This document shows positions 27,977 to 38,379 of a stretch of 64,000 nt of DNA, one piece after another. Each line of letters opens with the position of its first letter. The first letter of the stretch is position 1. The notes beneath the pieces were generated by a model that was not told the origin of the DNA, ran no database searches, and saw only the letters and a list, made by a program, of their open reading frames with translations. Source of the DNA: Balneolales bacterium. Its GTDB lineage: Bacteria > Bacteroidota > Rhodothermia > Balneolales > DATFMH01. The position numbers and the translations under genes were made by a program. The DNA lies in NCBI GenBank assembly GCA_035267045.1, contig DATFMH010000069.1, positions 6,208 to 70,207 of the forward strand, written 5' to 3'.

Positions 27977-28795
27977 TTATTTACTGATTTTCAATTCTTT
28001 CAACTTAACGCTTTTACGAAGATTATTAATTTCATCCGGCCGGAGATAACGCCAGCGTCCCGGTCGTAATCCCTTAAGTGTTAAACCGGCATAGTTTGTC
28101 CGCTTCAACTCCTTCACTTCGGCTCCAATGGCCTCGATCATACGGCGAACCATATGATACCTGCCTTCATGTACTCCAATAGTGATAACATTTTTATAAG
28201 GAAGTTCCCACCGTGTAAAATAAGCCGAGGCCTTGCCGTCCTCGAGCTCTACACCGCTTTTGAGCCGATCCATCTGCTCCTTCATGATAGGTCGGTCGCA
28301 GATAATCTCATATAGCTTGCCCGTTTCATAACTCGGATGCATTAACCTGTTGGTCAGTTCGCCATCATTGGTCAATAATAACACGCCGGTTGTATTTCTG
28401 TCCAGGCGTCCTACGGGATAAACCCTTTTACCTGTTGCACTCTCAATAAAGTCCATGACCGTACGCCTGCCTTTTTCGTCATTTGTAGTCGTAATGGTAT
28501 CATGTGGCTTATACATCAGGATGTAGACAAAAGGCTCGGGATTTATATTTTTACCATCCACTACTACTTCCGCAGAAGGTTTCACCTTTGTACCCATTTC
28601 GGTTATTACTTCACCATCCACGGTAACCTTACCCTCCGCAATCAACTGGTCGGCATCGCGCCTTGAACAAATACCGGATCGTGAGATGTATTTATTTAAT
28701 CTCATAATCTCCGGCTGGGTTTTCTTCGTAGCTACATAAGGAGCTTTGCCTTTTTTCTTTTTCCTCTGATATCTACCGTATTTCCCGTTTGACAT
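27977..28795 (-). CDS. RsuA/RluB-family rRNA pseudouridine synthase with S4 domain
   Basis: S4 region MRLNKYISRSGICSRRDADQLI, catalytic motif GRLDRNTTGVLLLTNDG, and a lysine-rich N-terminus. Confidence 0.8.
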   Translation of the reverse strand: MSNGKYGRYQRKKKKGKAPYVATKKTQPEIMRLNKYISRSGICSRRDADQLIAEGKVTVDGEVITEMGTKVKPSAEVVVDGKNINPEPFVYILMYKPHDTITTTNDEKGRRTVMDFIESATGKRVYPVGRLDRNTTGVLLLTNDGELTNRLMHPSYETGKLYEIICDRPIMKEQMDRLKSGVELEDGKASAYFTRWELPYKNVITIGVHEGRYHMVRRMIEAIGAEVKELKRTNYAGLTLKGLRPGRWRYLRPDEINNLRKSVKLKELKISK

Positions 28796-28861
28796 ACTTT
28801 AATGCTGCTTTCTATATAAAAAGGTGTTTATTAACTGACTGAACTATTAACGGCTATGAAA

Positions 28862-29524
28862 TCAGGCTTCATGCTCTTCTTCATTTCCATTCTGGACTTG
28901 CGCTAATTCCGCTCTCAATTCCAACATAATCTGACGGTGTTCCGCCATATCATCATCCTGCAATATTTCATTGATCTCCCTTGGCCGGGGTAATTCTTCA
29001 ACGGAGTTGATTCCAAAATGTTTCAGAAAATTGATGTTGGTCTTATATAATAATGGACGTCCGGGGCGTTCAGCTCTTCCGGCTACCTCAACCAGTTCTT
29101 TCTCCAATAACTGACGGACAATATAACCTGAATCAACACCCCTGATATGATCGATCTCCGGTTTGGTGATGGGTTGTTTGTACGCTATGATGGCCAGTGC
29201 CTCAAGAGCAGAAGGAGTGACCTTTCTTGAAACATTCTCATGTTGAAATTTTTGGAGCCATTTATGATAACGATTATCGGTCGAATAGGTATATCCGCCA
29301 CCGATATGCTGAATCTCAAAGGCCCGTCCCGTTTCATTATAATCATCATTCAATTCTCCGACAATCTGTTCGATATCCCCGGGCAGGAGCTCAATACGTT
29401 CATCAGTCTCATGTATTACCCGGCATAAATCTTCTGCTGATATCGGGGTATCACTGGCAAATATCATTGATTCGACAATGGATTGAAGAGTTATTCCATC
29501 AAAAAGATCATTCTGACTATTCAT
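28862..29524 (-). CDS. scpB: segregation and condensation protein B
   Basis: IVESMIFASDTPISAEDL and ALAIIAYKQPITKPEIDHIRGVDS match the tandem winged-helix ScpB pattern. Confidence 0.8.
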   Translation of the reverse strand: MNSQNDLFDGITLQSIVESMIFASDTPISAEDLCRVIHETDERIELLPGDIEQIVGELNDDYNETGRAFEIQHIGGGYTYSTDNRYHKWLQKFQHENVSRKVTPSALEALAIIAYKQPITKPEIDHIRGVDSGYIVRQLLEKELVEVAGRAERPGRPLLYKTNINFLKHFGINSVEELPRPREINEILQDDDMAEHRQIMLELRAELAQVQNGNEEEHEA

Positions 29525-29821
29525 AGCCGTAGTTTTATCCTGTTTGCGGTACGATGGTTATAAAAATCCGTATTAAAATAATTTCGACATTTTACAATCA
29601 TACACTAATTATCTCCACAAGGCAAATATACACTGACTTAAACCTATAATGAAATATCATTTTTAGAAAATAGATAACTGTCGATTTCGCTCTTCCCGTT
29701 TGGCAATAAAATTAATGAGCATGGAGCATAGCGCATAGAGTAAATAGTTATTGAGCAAATTGAGTTATTGGGTTTATTAAGAGAATTTCAGTATCCGTTT
29801 TCCGCTCTTCGTCCTCCGATT

Positions 29822-32257
29822 TTATAATGAATCCACATTCACGGTAATGCGTACTTTAGAAGCTCCTTTCGGTTTCTTCGATTCATATAATTGAAAAGCA
29901 TGATCGAGCAACCGCTCTATTGCATTGGCACCGTTAGAAGGACTGATTTTCAGCAGGCATTCCCAGCGATATTCATTATAAACCCTTGTTATAGCAGATG
30001 GAGAAGGACCCAAAACCGGGGCGTTATTCCCTGCTTCCACGATACATTTGGAAAACGCATGAGCCACTTTGTGGACTGCCGTTCCATCTTTTGATTTAAA
30101 ATTGAATTGAAGAATCCGGGAAAAGGGCGGATAAGCCAACTCTTCCCTGTATACCATTTCCTGCCTGGCAAAGCTTTCATAATCATGTTTCCTCGCACAC
30201 GCAACAGACAAGTGCTCAGGCTGCCATGTCTGAAAATAGACAATTCCCTTTTTTTCGGATCTGCCTGAACGTCCGGCAACCTGGCTTAACAGCTGATACA
30301 TCCGTTCTCCCGACCTGTACGATGGGAATGCCAGTTCGGTATCGGCATTAACAACACCAACAACGGTGACATCCGGAAAATCGAGGCCCTTGGCCACAAT
30401 CTGCGTTCCTATTAATATATCGGCATCTTTACGCCCGAATTTATTGAGGATTCGCGCATGGGCATCTTTACCACTCGTAGTATCCTGATCCATTCTTAAA
30501 ATCCTTGCCTCCGGGAATAATGTGGAAATCTCTTCTTCAACCTGCTGTGTTCCGGAACCTTTTTGTACTACCGTCTTCGCTCCACAAGAATGACATGTAT
30601 GCCGGACAGGCCGGCTGTAACCGCAGTAATGGCAACGAAGGTTATTCTGGTATTTGTGATAAGTCAGGCTCACGGAACAATGCGGGCATTCTTCGATGTG
30701 GCCGCACGATTCACATTGTAAATAATTGGCAAAACCTCTCCGGTTATATAGGAGAATTATTTGTTCATTCCGTGCCAGAGCCTGCTCAATATCAAGATAT
30801 AACGGAATGGCCAACGGCCCCCTTAAAGCCTTCTGATATTGTTTTAAATCGAGGACTTTTACCTCCGGCATATCTACTTTAGCATGACGTGACGGCAATT
30901 TCAACATCACGCTTTTACCCGTTTGTGCCGCTCTGAGGCTTACCATACTTGGCGTAGCGGATCCCATAACAACAACAGCATTATTCCTGTAGGCACGCAT
31001 AATCGCCACTTCCCGTGCATGATAACGAGGGGACGGGTCTTCCTGCTTGTACGATGAATCATGCTCTTCGTCTATAATAATGATACCAGGATTTTTCACC
31101 GGGGCATATACAGCCGACCGTGCCCCAATCGCAATCTTCTTTTTACCGTTCTGCAGGTCCTGCCAGGCATCATACCGTTCCCGTTCACTGAGTCGGCTAT
31201 GTAAAACAGCGATATTATCACCGAATATCTGATAAAACCGGCGAACCGTTTGAGGTGTAAGGGCAATCTCGGGTACTAAAACCAGGCCTCCTTTACCCTG
31301 TTCATATACTTTTTTTAATGCATGGATATAGACTTCCGTTTTACCACTGCCAGTAACACCGAATAACAGGAAATTCTGAAACTCTTCCTCATCAATTTTA
31401 TTGGCAATCAGGTCGTAAGCCTCTTTCTGATAGATATTCAGTGTCTTTATTTTAGTTGGATCATATTCCAGGTCTGGGACTTCCTGCTTGACAGGCACCT
31501 TAACGACTTTAATCAATCCTTCTTTTTGGATTCGCTTTAAACTGTATGAATTAACAAATTCAAAATTACTTATTTGGCTTTGCCGCACCGGATGTCCATA
31601 ATCATATAACTCTTTCAGAGCCTTAACCCATTTTGGCTGCTTCCCTTCTGAATAATTCGACCAATACTCATTGATCGTATCACCATCAACACGAGTGGCC
31701 CAATTCCAGCGATTTTCTTTTTTAGCCTCAATTTTAACTTTAGGCTCTTCCCATATTTCCAGCAACCCCTTTTTGACAAGCCTTTTTATGATTTTCGTAC
31801 CGGATTCTTTCCACCTTTTCTCAGCCTCCTTAAGGCTGTATTGTCCACCTTCTAAAATCGACTCTATAATCTCTTTCTCAATACCAAGATTTGGTAACTG
31901 AAGGCCATTACCCGGTTTGATATACTTTTCCGATTGGAAGTTCATTCCAACCGGTAATGCCGCCTGTATCGTTTCTCCCCAGCTTGCATAATAAAAACGA
32001 TGTACCCACTCCGTTAACGCCAGCATTTCCTCGGACATCACCGGTGTATCATCCAGAATCCGTGCGATATCCTTTGTTTTGAAATCCGGTTTATGGTTGT
32101 GTAACCTGACGACCATCCCAATTGCCATATGCGATTGCAAAGGCACCCAAACACGCATCCCGACACTTATTTTATCTATCATTTTATCCTGAATCCGGTA
32201 TGTAAATACTTCACGTACCGCTGTCGGAAAAGCTATATCGGCAAATTGATTGGGCAT
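29822..32257 (-). CDS. priA: primosomal replication protein N' (PriA helicase)
   Basis: Walker A GVTGSGKTE, DEEH box, and the Cys-rich zinc region CESCGHIEECPHCSVSLTYH...CHYCGY...CHSCG. Confidence 0.9.
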   Translation of the reverse strand: MPNQFADIAFPTAVREVFTYRIQDKMIDKISVGMRVWVPLQSHMAIGMVVRLHNHKPDFKTKDIARILDDTPVMSEEMLALTEWVHRFYYASWGETIQAALPVGMNFQSEKYIKPGNGLQLPNLGIEKEIIESILEGGQYSLKEAEKRWKESGTKIIKRLVKKGLLEIWEEPKVKIEAKKENRWNWATRVDGDTINEYWSNYSEGKQPKWVKALKELYDYGHPVRQSQISNFEFVNSYSLKRIQKEGLIKVVKVPVKQEVPDLEYDPTKIKTLNIYQKEAYDLIANKIDEEEFQNFLLFGVTGSGKTEVYIHALKKVYEQGKGGLVLVPEIALTPQTVRRFYQIFGDNIAVLHSRLSERERYDAWQDLQNGKKKIAIGARSAVYAPVKNPGIIIIDEEHDSSYKQEDPSPRYHAREVAIMRAYRNNAVVVMGSATPSMVSLRAAQTGKSVMLKLPSRHAKVDMPEVKVLDLKQYQKALRGPLAIPLYLDIEQALARNEQIILLYNRRGFANYLQCESCGHIEECPHCSVSLTYHKYQNNLRCHYCGYSRPVRHTCHSCGAKTVVQKGSGTQQVEEEISTLFPEARILRMDQDTTSGKDAHARILNKFGRKDADILIGTQIVAKGLDFPDVTVVGVVNADTELAFPSYRSGERMYQLLSQVAGRSGRSEKKGIVYFQTWQPEHLSVACARKHDYESFARQEMVYREELAYPPFSRILQFNFKSKDGTAVHKVAHAFSKCIVEAGNNAPVLGPSPSAITRVYNEYRWECLLKISPSNGANAIERLLDHAFQLYESKKPKGASKVRITVNVDSL

Positions 32258-32775
32258 CAGGGTTCTATTCTGAAATCAGACTTTAGATGTTATTTAGTTA
32301 CGATGTTATTAAGTGTATTAAAGCTTTAAAAAGAATATAGAATGTAGTAATCAGAAATTAGAATTTTTAATTTTTTAGAATTTATGAAATAGGTGATTCC
32401 GGATGCTGAATATTGGAATACGGAAATAACAGATAAACTAAGTTTAAAAAAAGGACCATAGACCACTAACAACAGACAGAAGAGCGTTGTTACCTGATGC
32501 TCGCTTTTAATTTGTCTGAATCACAGATCTTAACGGATTACGCTGTTCCGTATTTGGATTTTATCAAAGTATCTTGTCTAATAACAAATACGGCTATTGG
32601 GTTTACTAATCGCCTTCTCAGTCTTAAAACTTTCCGCGTTAATCCTTCCATCCGTGCGTATCCGCGATTCTCAATGTAAAAGCATGATTAAAAAGCACCC
32701 GGGTAACTACTGTCTACGGTTGACCGTCTATCGTCTCAAAATTATAAAGCTTCATTCAATGATCTCAAATAAAAT

Positions 32776-34413
32776 TCACTTATTGAAATACCTGATCAAA
32801 AAATCCATGGCTGCTTTATTCGGTACAGGTTGAGGACCAGTTGTTTTGCCGAGTTCCATATCCTGGTTCTTATCGAGTTTATATACCGGCCATTCCGGTA
32901 AACCTTTACCATTTGGATTTCCGGTCCTGGCAAAATTAACCCAGTAAGAGGACATGATATTGGCCAATTTTCTATCGACAGACTTCCACGGCCTCTTCAG
33001 GTAACTGAGATTGTCGAGTGCATAGGCAATTTCGCCTGAATGAAAAGCACCAAAGAATTTAAAATTTCCCTCAGCCGGTACTTTACGATCAAAGGTATAC
33101 AGGTAAACATCCGATTCTCCTGTTTTACTTTGCATATTCGCCCAATCGTAATTTTGAATGGCAATCAATAAATCGCGGGTCAAATGCATTTGCGATTGTT
33201 GAGCCTCTTTATCTGTCTGCGCCGGGTAATATTTTAAAAACTGACCTGCTTTATCCCCAAAAATCTGCTTTGCCCTTTTTTTAAACTCTGTGGCATTCAC
33301 CGGTTTTGAATAGATGGAAAAAGCCGTTCCTTCATCCACATTCCACCCGGTTAACGTTGAGACATCGTTTTGTTTGCCTTCAACAAATATTTTTGAGACT
33401 TTTTCCGGCAATACATATCCGTCAATATTCGGATTGAATGATCCGGCCACTTTTCGAATGGTGTCTGCCGGTAATTTTCGCAATTGCTCCAACGAGGATA
33501 CCTGCAGTTTCTTTAATAATTCCTCTCCATTATTTTCGGCCTGCTGTAAACTGATAGTTGTTTTCATTGGATCAGATACCATATCACCACCGCTTTCTCC
33601 AATGGCCCGTTGAAATAATCCTTTAGCCAATGGCGAAGCTACCAGGTAATTGATACTAAAAGATCCTGCCGATTGTCCGTCGATCGTCACATTTTCCGGG
33701 TCCCCTCCAAAAGCTGCTATATTCTTTTTTACCCATTTAAGGGCCGCTATTTGGTCGAGTAATCCATAGTTACCACTGGCATGATGTTCCGATTCCTTGC
33801 TAAGTTGCGGCAAAGCCAGGAAACCGAATACGCCGAGCCGGTAATTGATCGTTACAAAAACCACTCCTTTTTTAGCCATCGCTTGTCCGTTATAAACAGG
33901 TACCGATCCCGATCCAATTTGAAATCCACCACCATGAATCCAGACTATAACGGGTCGTTTTTCAGATGATGACTTGGCCGCTGTCCATATGTTCAAATAG
34001 AGACAATTCTCACTAATCGGGCTTTTCGGAATCATGAACGGTTTTGTCCATACTGATTTCCTGTTCACATTCGGTGGATTCAATTGCTGGTTTTGCGTAG
34101 CCTGCATGCAATTAGCACAAAAACCACCTGCTTTCAAGACTCCATCCCAATTTTTATGTGGTTGAGGAGCATGCCATCTCAAATCACCTACAGGTGCTGC
34201 CGCATACGGGATACCTTTAAAAACCTCAACACCCGCCGTCTTAGTAGGCACGCCTGATACCATTCCTTTCGTCGTACGAACAAGATGTAGTGGCTTTTGT
34301 TTATTGACAGAGTATTTATGTCCCCCATAGGCTAAAAATGTTAGAAAGAACAAACATACACTTAGAATTGACATACTCTTTACTAGCCAATAATAATTTT
34401 TATTCCTTCTCAT
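32776..34413 (-). CDS. type B carboxylesterase / lipase family protein, secreted
   Basis: Oxyanion HGGGFQIGSG, nucleophile GQSAGS, and the IGESGG segment. Signal or anchor sequence at the N-terminus. Confidence 0.85.
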   Translation of the reverse strand: MRRNKNYYWLVKSMSILSVCLFFLTFLAYGGHKYSVNKQKPLHLVRTTKGMVSGVPTKTAGVEVFKGIPYAAAPVGDLRWHAPQPHKNWDGVLKAGGFCANCMQATQNQQLNPPNVNRKSVWTKPFMIPKSPISENCLYLNIWTAAKSSSEKRPVIVWIHGGGFQIGSGSVPVYNGQAMAKKGVVFVTINYRLGVFGFLALPQLSKESEHHASGNYGLLDQIAALKWVKKNIAAFGGDPENVTIDGQSAGSFSINYLVASPLAKGLFQRAIGESGGDMVSDPMKTTISLQQAENNGEELLKKLQVSSLEQLRKLPADTIRKVAGSFNPNIDGYVLPEKVSKIFVEGKQNDVSTLTGWNVDEGTAFSIYSKPVNATEFKKRAKQIFGDKAGQFLKYYPAQTDKEAQQSQMHLTRDLLIAIQNYDWANMQSKTGESDVYLYTFDRKVPAEGNFKFFGAFHSGEIAYALDNLSYLKRPWKSVDRKLANIMSSYWVNFARTGNPNGKGLPEWPVYKLDKNQDMELGKTTGPQPVPNKAAMDFLIRYFNK

Positions 34414-34679
34414 GTATCAGCCGCTTTTTTGTTGAGGTATACTGATCTTAGAATCCTTATGTTCTGATAATAGTAAATCATAATAAAAGATTTCCATAAT
34501 CTTTGCTTAATTGTTGTCAGTTATTTATAGATATACTGTTGATGAAACCTATTGATAATATTACGGAAGAGGATTACCACGTCCCACAGGGCATCGAAAT
34601 GACAGTCAGGACGTTTTATTTATTCTTTACCAGGTAAAGAATTCAACTGATACTATTTACGGATAACTGCTCACTGCTA

Positions 34680-36221
34680 TTATCCCATCCAGCCCTGCCG
34701 GTCGAGGCTTCGATATTGAATGGCTTCGGCGACATGGGAGGTCTTTATACCCTCCGAAAAGTCAAGATCCGCTATCGTGCGGGATACTTTTAGTATACGA
34801 TCATAAGCACGTGCCGATAATCCAAATTTATCGATCGCCTTTTTCAATAGTTCGGAACTGTTTTTTTCAATTCGACACATTTTGCGCACCATACGGGTAC
34901 TCATTTGTGCATTACAATAAATCCCTTTCATACCCAGAAACCTTTTCGTCTGAATTTCTCTTGCCCTGACCACCCGTTCCCGGATACAATCCGATGTTTC
35001 CCCACTTGACCTGCTGCTCAATTCCTCGTAACTGACTTTATTGACTTCGATATGCAAATCTATACGATCGAGCAAAGGCCCGCTTATTTTACTCAGATAC
35101 CGTTGCATCTGCACCGGTGAGGTTCCATTGGGATTATCCGGATCGTACCAATCGCCCGTCGGTGACGGATTCATGGATGCGACCAGCATTATTTTACTCG
35201 GATAGCTAACACTCATTCGGGCTCTCGATATGGAAACATGTCCGTCTTCAAGCGGCTGACGCAATACTTCCAGGGCACTTCGTTTAAATTCCGGCAATTC
35301 ATCCAGAAAAAGGACACCGTTATGTGCCAGGGATATTTCACCAGGCATTGGAATACTTCCCCCGCCTACTAACGCAACATCCGAAACCGTGTGGTGGGGA
35401 GATCGAAAGGGGCGTTGTGACACCAGGCCCTTGCCCTCCGGTAAAATACCGGCCACCGAATGTATTTTCGTTGTTTCGAGTGCTTCATCCAGGTTGACCG
35501 GAGGCAGGATCGTTGGAAGCCTCTTCGCCAGCATGGTTTTTCCTGAACCCGGCGGACCCACCATGATAATGTTGTGTCCCCCGGCAGCAGCCACTTCCAT
35601 CGCTCGTTTTACATTCTCCTGGCCTTTCACATCCCTGAAATCCACCACGTTCTTTGACTGGCTGTCGCGAAAAAATTGGTCGACATCCAGATTCACCGGA
35701 ACATATTTTTCATTCCCCTGCAACCATTTTATGACCTGATGCAGATGTTTAAAAGCATAAACATCAATTCCTTTTACAACAGCTGCTTCAAAACCATTGG
35801 GTTCAGGGACGATGATATTTTCGAGGCCTTGTTTTTGCGCTTCCACAGCTATTGGAAGAACACCTTTCACCGGACGTAAATGTCCATCCAATGCCAATTC
35901 CCCGAGTATCAGCGTGGTCTTCAATTTTTGAGTTTTCAATTGTCTCGATGCAGCCAGGAATCCTACAGCTATCGGCAGATCGAAAGCACTGCCTTCTTTG
36001 GGTAGATCCGCCGGGGCCAGGTTAACCGTAATACGTCCTCTCGGCATTTCATATGATGAATTTTTTAATGCCGCCTCGATACGATCACGCGATTCACTGA
36101 TCGAACGGTCCGGTAACCCTACCAGGAAATACTTCGGCATACCGGCACTAATATTCGTTTCCACATCAATTAAATGGGCATCCACACCATAAGTTGAGGC
36201 ACAAAATACGTGAGCAAGCAT
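34680..36221 (-). CDS. comM: YifB/ComM-family Mg-chelatase-like AAA+ ATPase
   Basis: Lon-like N-terminal domain, Walker [19 protein letters not shown], and a C-terminal [16 protein letters not shown]. Confidence 0.85.
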   Translation of the reverse strand: MLAHVFCASTYGVDAHLIDVETNISAGMPKYFLVGLPDRSISESRDRIEAALKNSSYEMPRGRITVNLAPADLPKEGSAFDLPIAVGFLAASRQLKTQKLKTTLILGELALDGHLRPVKGVLPIAVEAQKQGLENIIVPEPNGFEAAVVKGIDVYAFKHLHQVIKWLQGNEKYVPVNLDVDQFFRDSQSKNVVDFRDVKGQENVKRAMEVAAAGGHNIIMVGPPGSGKTMLAKRLPTILPPVNLDEALETTKIHSVAGILPEGKGLVSQRPFRSPHHTVSDVALVGGGSIPMPGEISLAHNGVLFLDELPEFKRSALEVLRQPLEDGHVSISRARMSVSYPSKIMLVASMNPSPTGDWYDPDNPNGTSPVQMQRYLSKISGPLLDRIDLHIEVNKVSYEELSSRSSGETSDCIRERVVRAREIQTKRFLGMKGIYCNAQMSTRMVRKMCRIEKNSSELLKKAIDKFGLSARAYDRILKVSRTIADLDFSEGIKTSHVAEAIQYRSLDRQGWMG

Positions 36222-36310
36222 AATTTGAATCTTTTATAACTGCTTTTCGTAATAAGACTATAAAGAGGTGAAACCCTTACACTATTTTTGAAAATAAAAC
36301 GCGTAAAGTC

Positions 36311-36727
36311 ATGAGCAAAACAATAATTGAAGAAATCAGAATTAGCGGCGACAAACTAATAAGCAAAGTCAAACAGATTCTGAAAGAGGGAAACATTCGC
36401 CGTATTATTATTAAAAATGATGATGGAGATGTACTTCTGGATGTACCTCTCACAATAGGTGTAGCAGGATTTGGAACATCACTCCTTGCTATGGGTCCAC
36501 TTATTACAGCGCTCGGTGCTTTCGCTTTATTCTATAATGATTATAACATAGTTGTTGAGAGAGAACCCAATGAAGAAAACGAAGTAGAAGCCGAAATCAT
36601 CAACATCGAGGATGAAGACGAAGATGAGGATGAAGACGAGGACGAAAGCGACAATTCTTCAGACAAGAAAAAGAAGGCCAATAAAGATGAAGATGACGAA
36701 GACGAGGATGAAGATAATGATGGTTAA
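36311..36727 (+). CDS. DUF4342-like small protein with poly-acidic C-terminal tail
   Basis: N-terminal ISGDKLISKVKQILKEGNIRRIIIKNDDGDVLLDVPLTIGVAG. The C-terminus is a D/E run of about 45 aa (EDEDEDEDEDEDESD...DEDDEDEDEDNDG). Confidence 0.6.
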   Translation: MSKTIIEEIRISGDKLISKVKQILKEGNIRRIIIKNDDGDVLLDVPLTIGVAGFGTSLLAMGPLITALGAFALFYNDYNIVVEREPNEENEVEAEIINIEDEDEDEDEDEDESDNSSDKKKKANKDEDDEDEDEDNDG

Positions 36728-36760
36728 AATCTTAAAATAAGCTTAGGTATTTCATCCTTA

Positions 36761-36797
36761 AAAAAAGGCTTCTTAAGATATCTTAAGAAGCCTTTTT
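36761..36797. terminator. bidirectional rho-independent terminator (perfect palindrome)
   Basis: aaaaaa-ggcttcttaagat|atcttaagaagcc-ttttt, lying between the convergent stops at 36727 (+) and 36825 (-). Confidence 0.75.
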
Positions 36798-36824
36798 AAT
36801 ACAATTTATTACGTAATTTGAATT

Positions 36825-37805
36825 TTACTTTTTATCAGCTACGGCTTCTGTTTCTTCTGCCGTTTCCATCTCACCTAACCATCTTTCGGCATCGATAGCA
36901 GCCATACAACCGGATCCTGCGGCAGTAACGGCCTGACGATATTGGCTGTCCTGGGCATCACCACAGGCGAAAATACCGGGGAAATTGGTTTTGGAACTCT
37001 TATTCTTTGTCTGAATATACCCGACATCATCCATATCCAACACGTCCTTAAACAGGTCGGTATTTGGTTTGTGTCCAATAGCTATAAATACACCGGTCAC
37101 ATCATTAAGAGTTGTTTTTTCACCGGTCTTAACGTTTTTGATAACGACACCCTCAACCGTTTTTTCACCCAGCACTTCATCTAATTCGCTCTCCCACATC
37201 ATTTCAGCTTTAGGGTTATTAAAAAGACGATGCTGCATTGCTTTGGATGCACGGAGTTCATCACGACGGTGGACCACAGTCACTTTACTGGCAAACTTGG
37301 TCAGGAAGGTTGCTTCTTCCATAGCCGTATCGCCACCACCGACAACGATCACGTGCTGATCTCTGAAGAAAGCACCGTCGCAAGTAGCACAAGCGGATAC
37401 GCCAAACCCACGCAAACGTTGCTCACTTTCAAGGCCCAGCCATTTGGCAGAAGCACCTGTTGATACAATGATAGATTCCGCGAAAATTTCCGTATCCTCA
37501 TCCACTGTGATTTTAAATGGACGTTCACCAAATTCGATGTCGGTTACCATGCCATACCGGGCGTCGGCACCAAATCGTTTAGCCTGTTCACGGAATAGAT
37601 CCATCATTTTAGGACCCATAACTCCTTCTGGAAATCCGGGATAATTTTCCACATCCGTAGTTGTCATAAGCTGACCACCCGGTTCGGGGCCTTCAAATAC
37701 TAATGGTTTTAAGTCGGCGCGAGCCGCATAAATGGCAGCCGTTAATCCGGCAGGGCCACTGCCGACAATTACGACTTTAAATGTTTTACCTGCAATATCT
37801 TCCAT
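36825..37805 (-). CDS. trxB: thioredoxin-disulfide reductase
   Basis: FAD motif GSGPAG, redox-active CATCDG, NADPH motif GGGDTAMEEA. Confidence 0.92.
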   Translation of the reverse strand: MEDIAGKTFKVVIVGSGPAGLTAAIYAARADLKPLVFEGPEPGGQLMTTTDVENYPGFPEGVMGPKMMDLFREQAKRFGADARYGMVTDIEFGERPFKITVDEDTEIFAESIIVSTGASAKWLGLESEQRLRGFGVSACATCDGAFFRDQHVIVVGGGDTAMEEATFLTKFASKVTVVHRRDELRASKAMQHRLFNNPKAEMMWESELDEVLGEKTVEGVVIKNVKTGEKTTLNDVTGVFIAIGHKPNTDLFKDVLDMDDVGYIQTKNKSSKTNFPGIFACGDAQDSQYRQAVTAAGSGCMAAIDAERWLGEMETAEETEAVADKK

Positions 37806-38379
37806 TTTGAAATTATTTACTATTTTGGATTTCTAATTTACTAATATAACTATATACTCATTTAATTATAAAATATCTTTCACACCCGTAACGATTTTTG
37901 CTCCTGAAAATTCTCATATAAACCGGTACTCATTATAATATTAAATATGTATGTGCTTCTTATGAAGATTTAACTGTAATCAAAGATGCCAGATTTTACA
38001 GAGCGTTGTCAAGAGTAAAGAATTTATAACTATTTTTATGACATTCAGTCTTAACGAGGCACTATCCCGTTACGTAAAAACTGTAACTGCAACTGTTTTC
38101 TAATCACTAATCGTTACCTTACTTAGATTTAATATAAATTTCATAGGCAAAAAGTAAATTTTCAGTGCATTTAAATCTTTCATTAATAATTAAGAGTTTC
38201 TTATCTTAAATATTAATTATTAGTTAGAAAATTGTAATCAAGGGAGAAAGTATAAAAAAACGCTTTTTATAATCCCTGTTACATTAAACACTTACATATA
38301 AAAAAATATTGGCAATTCTATTTGTTTTATATATGTTTGCATAGCAACAAATTTTATTCACATAAAAATATAGAAAATC

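Noticed and set aside
37806-38379. 575-bp AT-rich divergent spacer between trxB and pntAA as a possible hidden small gene or riboswitch.
   Set aside because: I could not find an ORF with a plausible start or a conserved riboswitch core. It looks like two back-to-back AT-rich promoter regions plus one word-module patch (38040-38130). A TAnnTTTG-like motif at 38332-38339 is suggestive but not enough to call a promoter.
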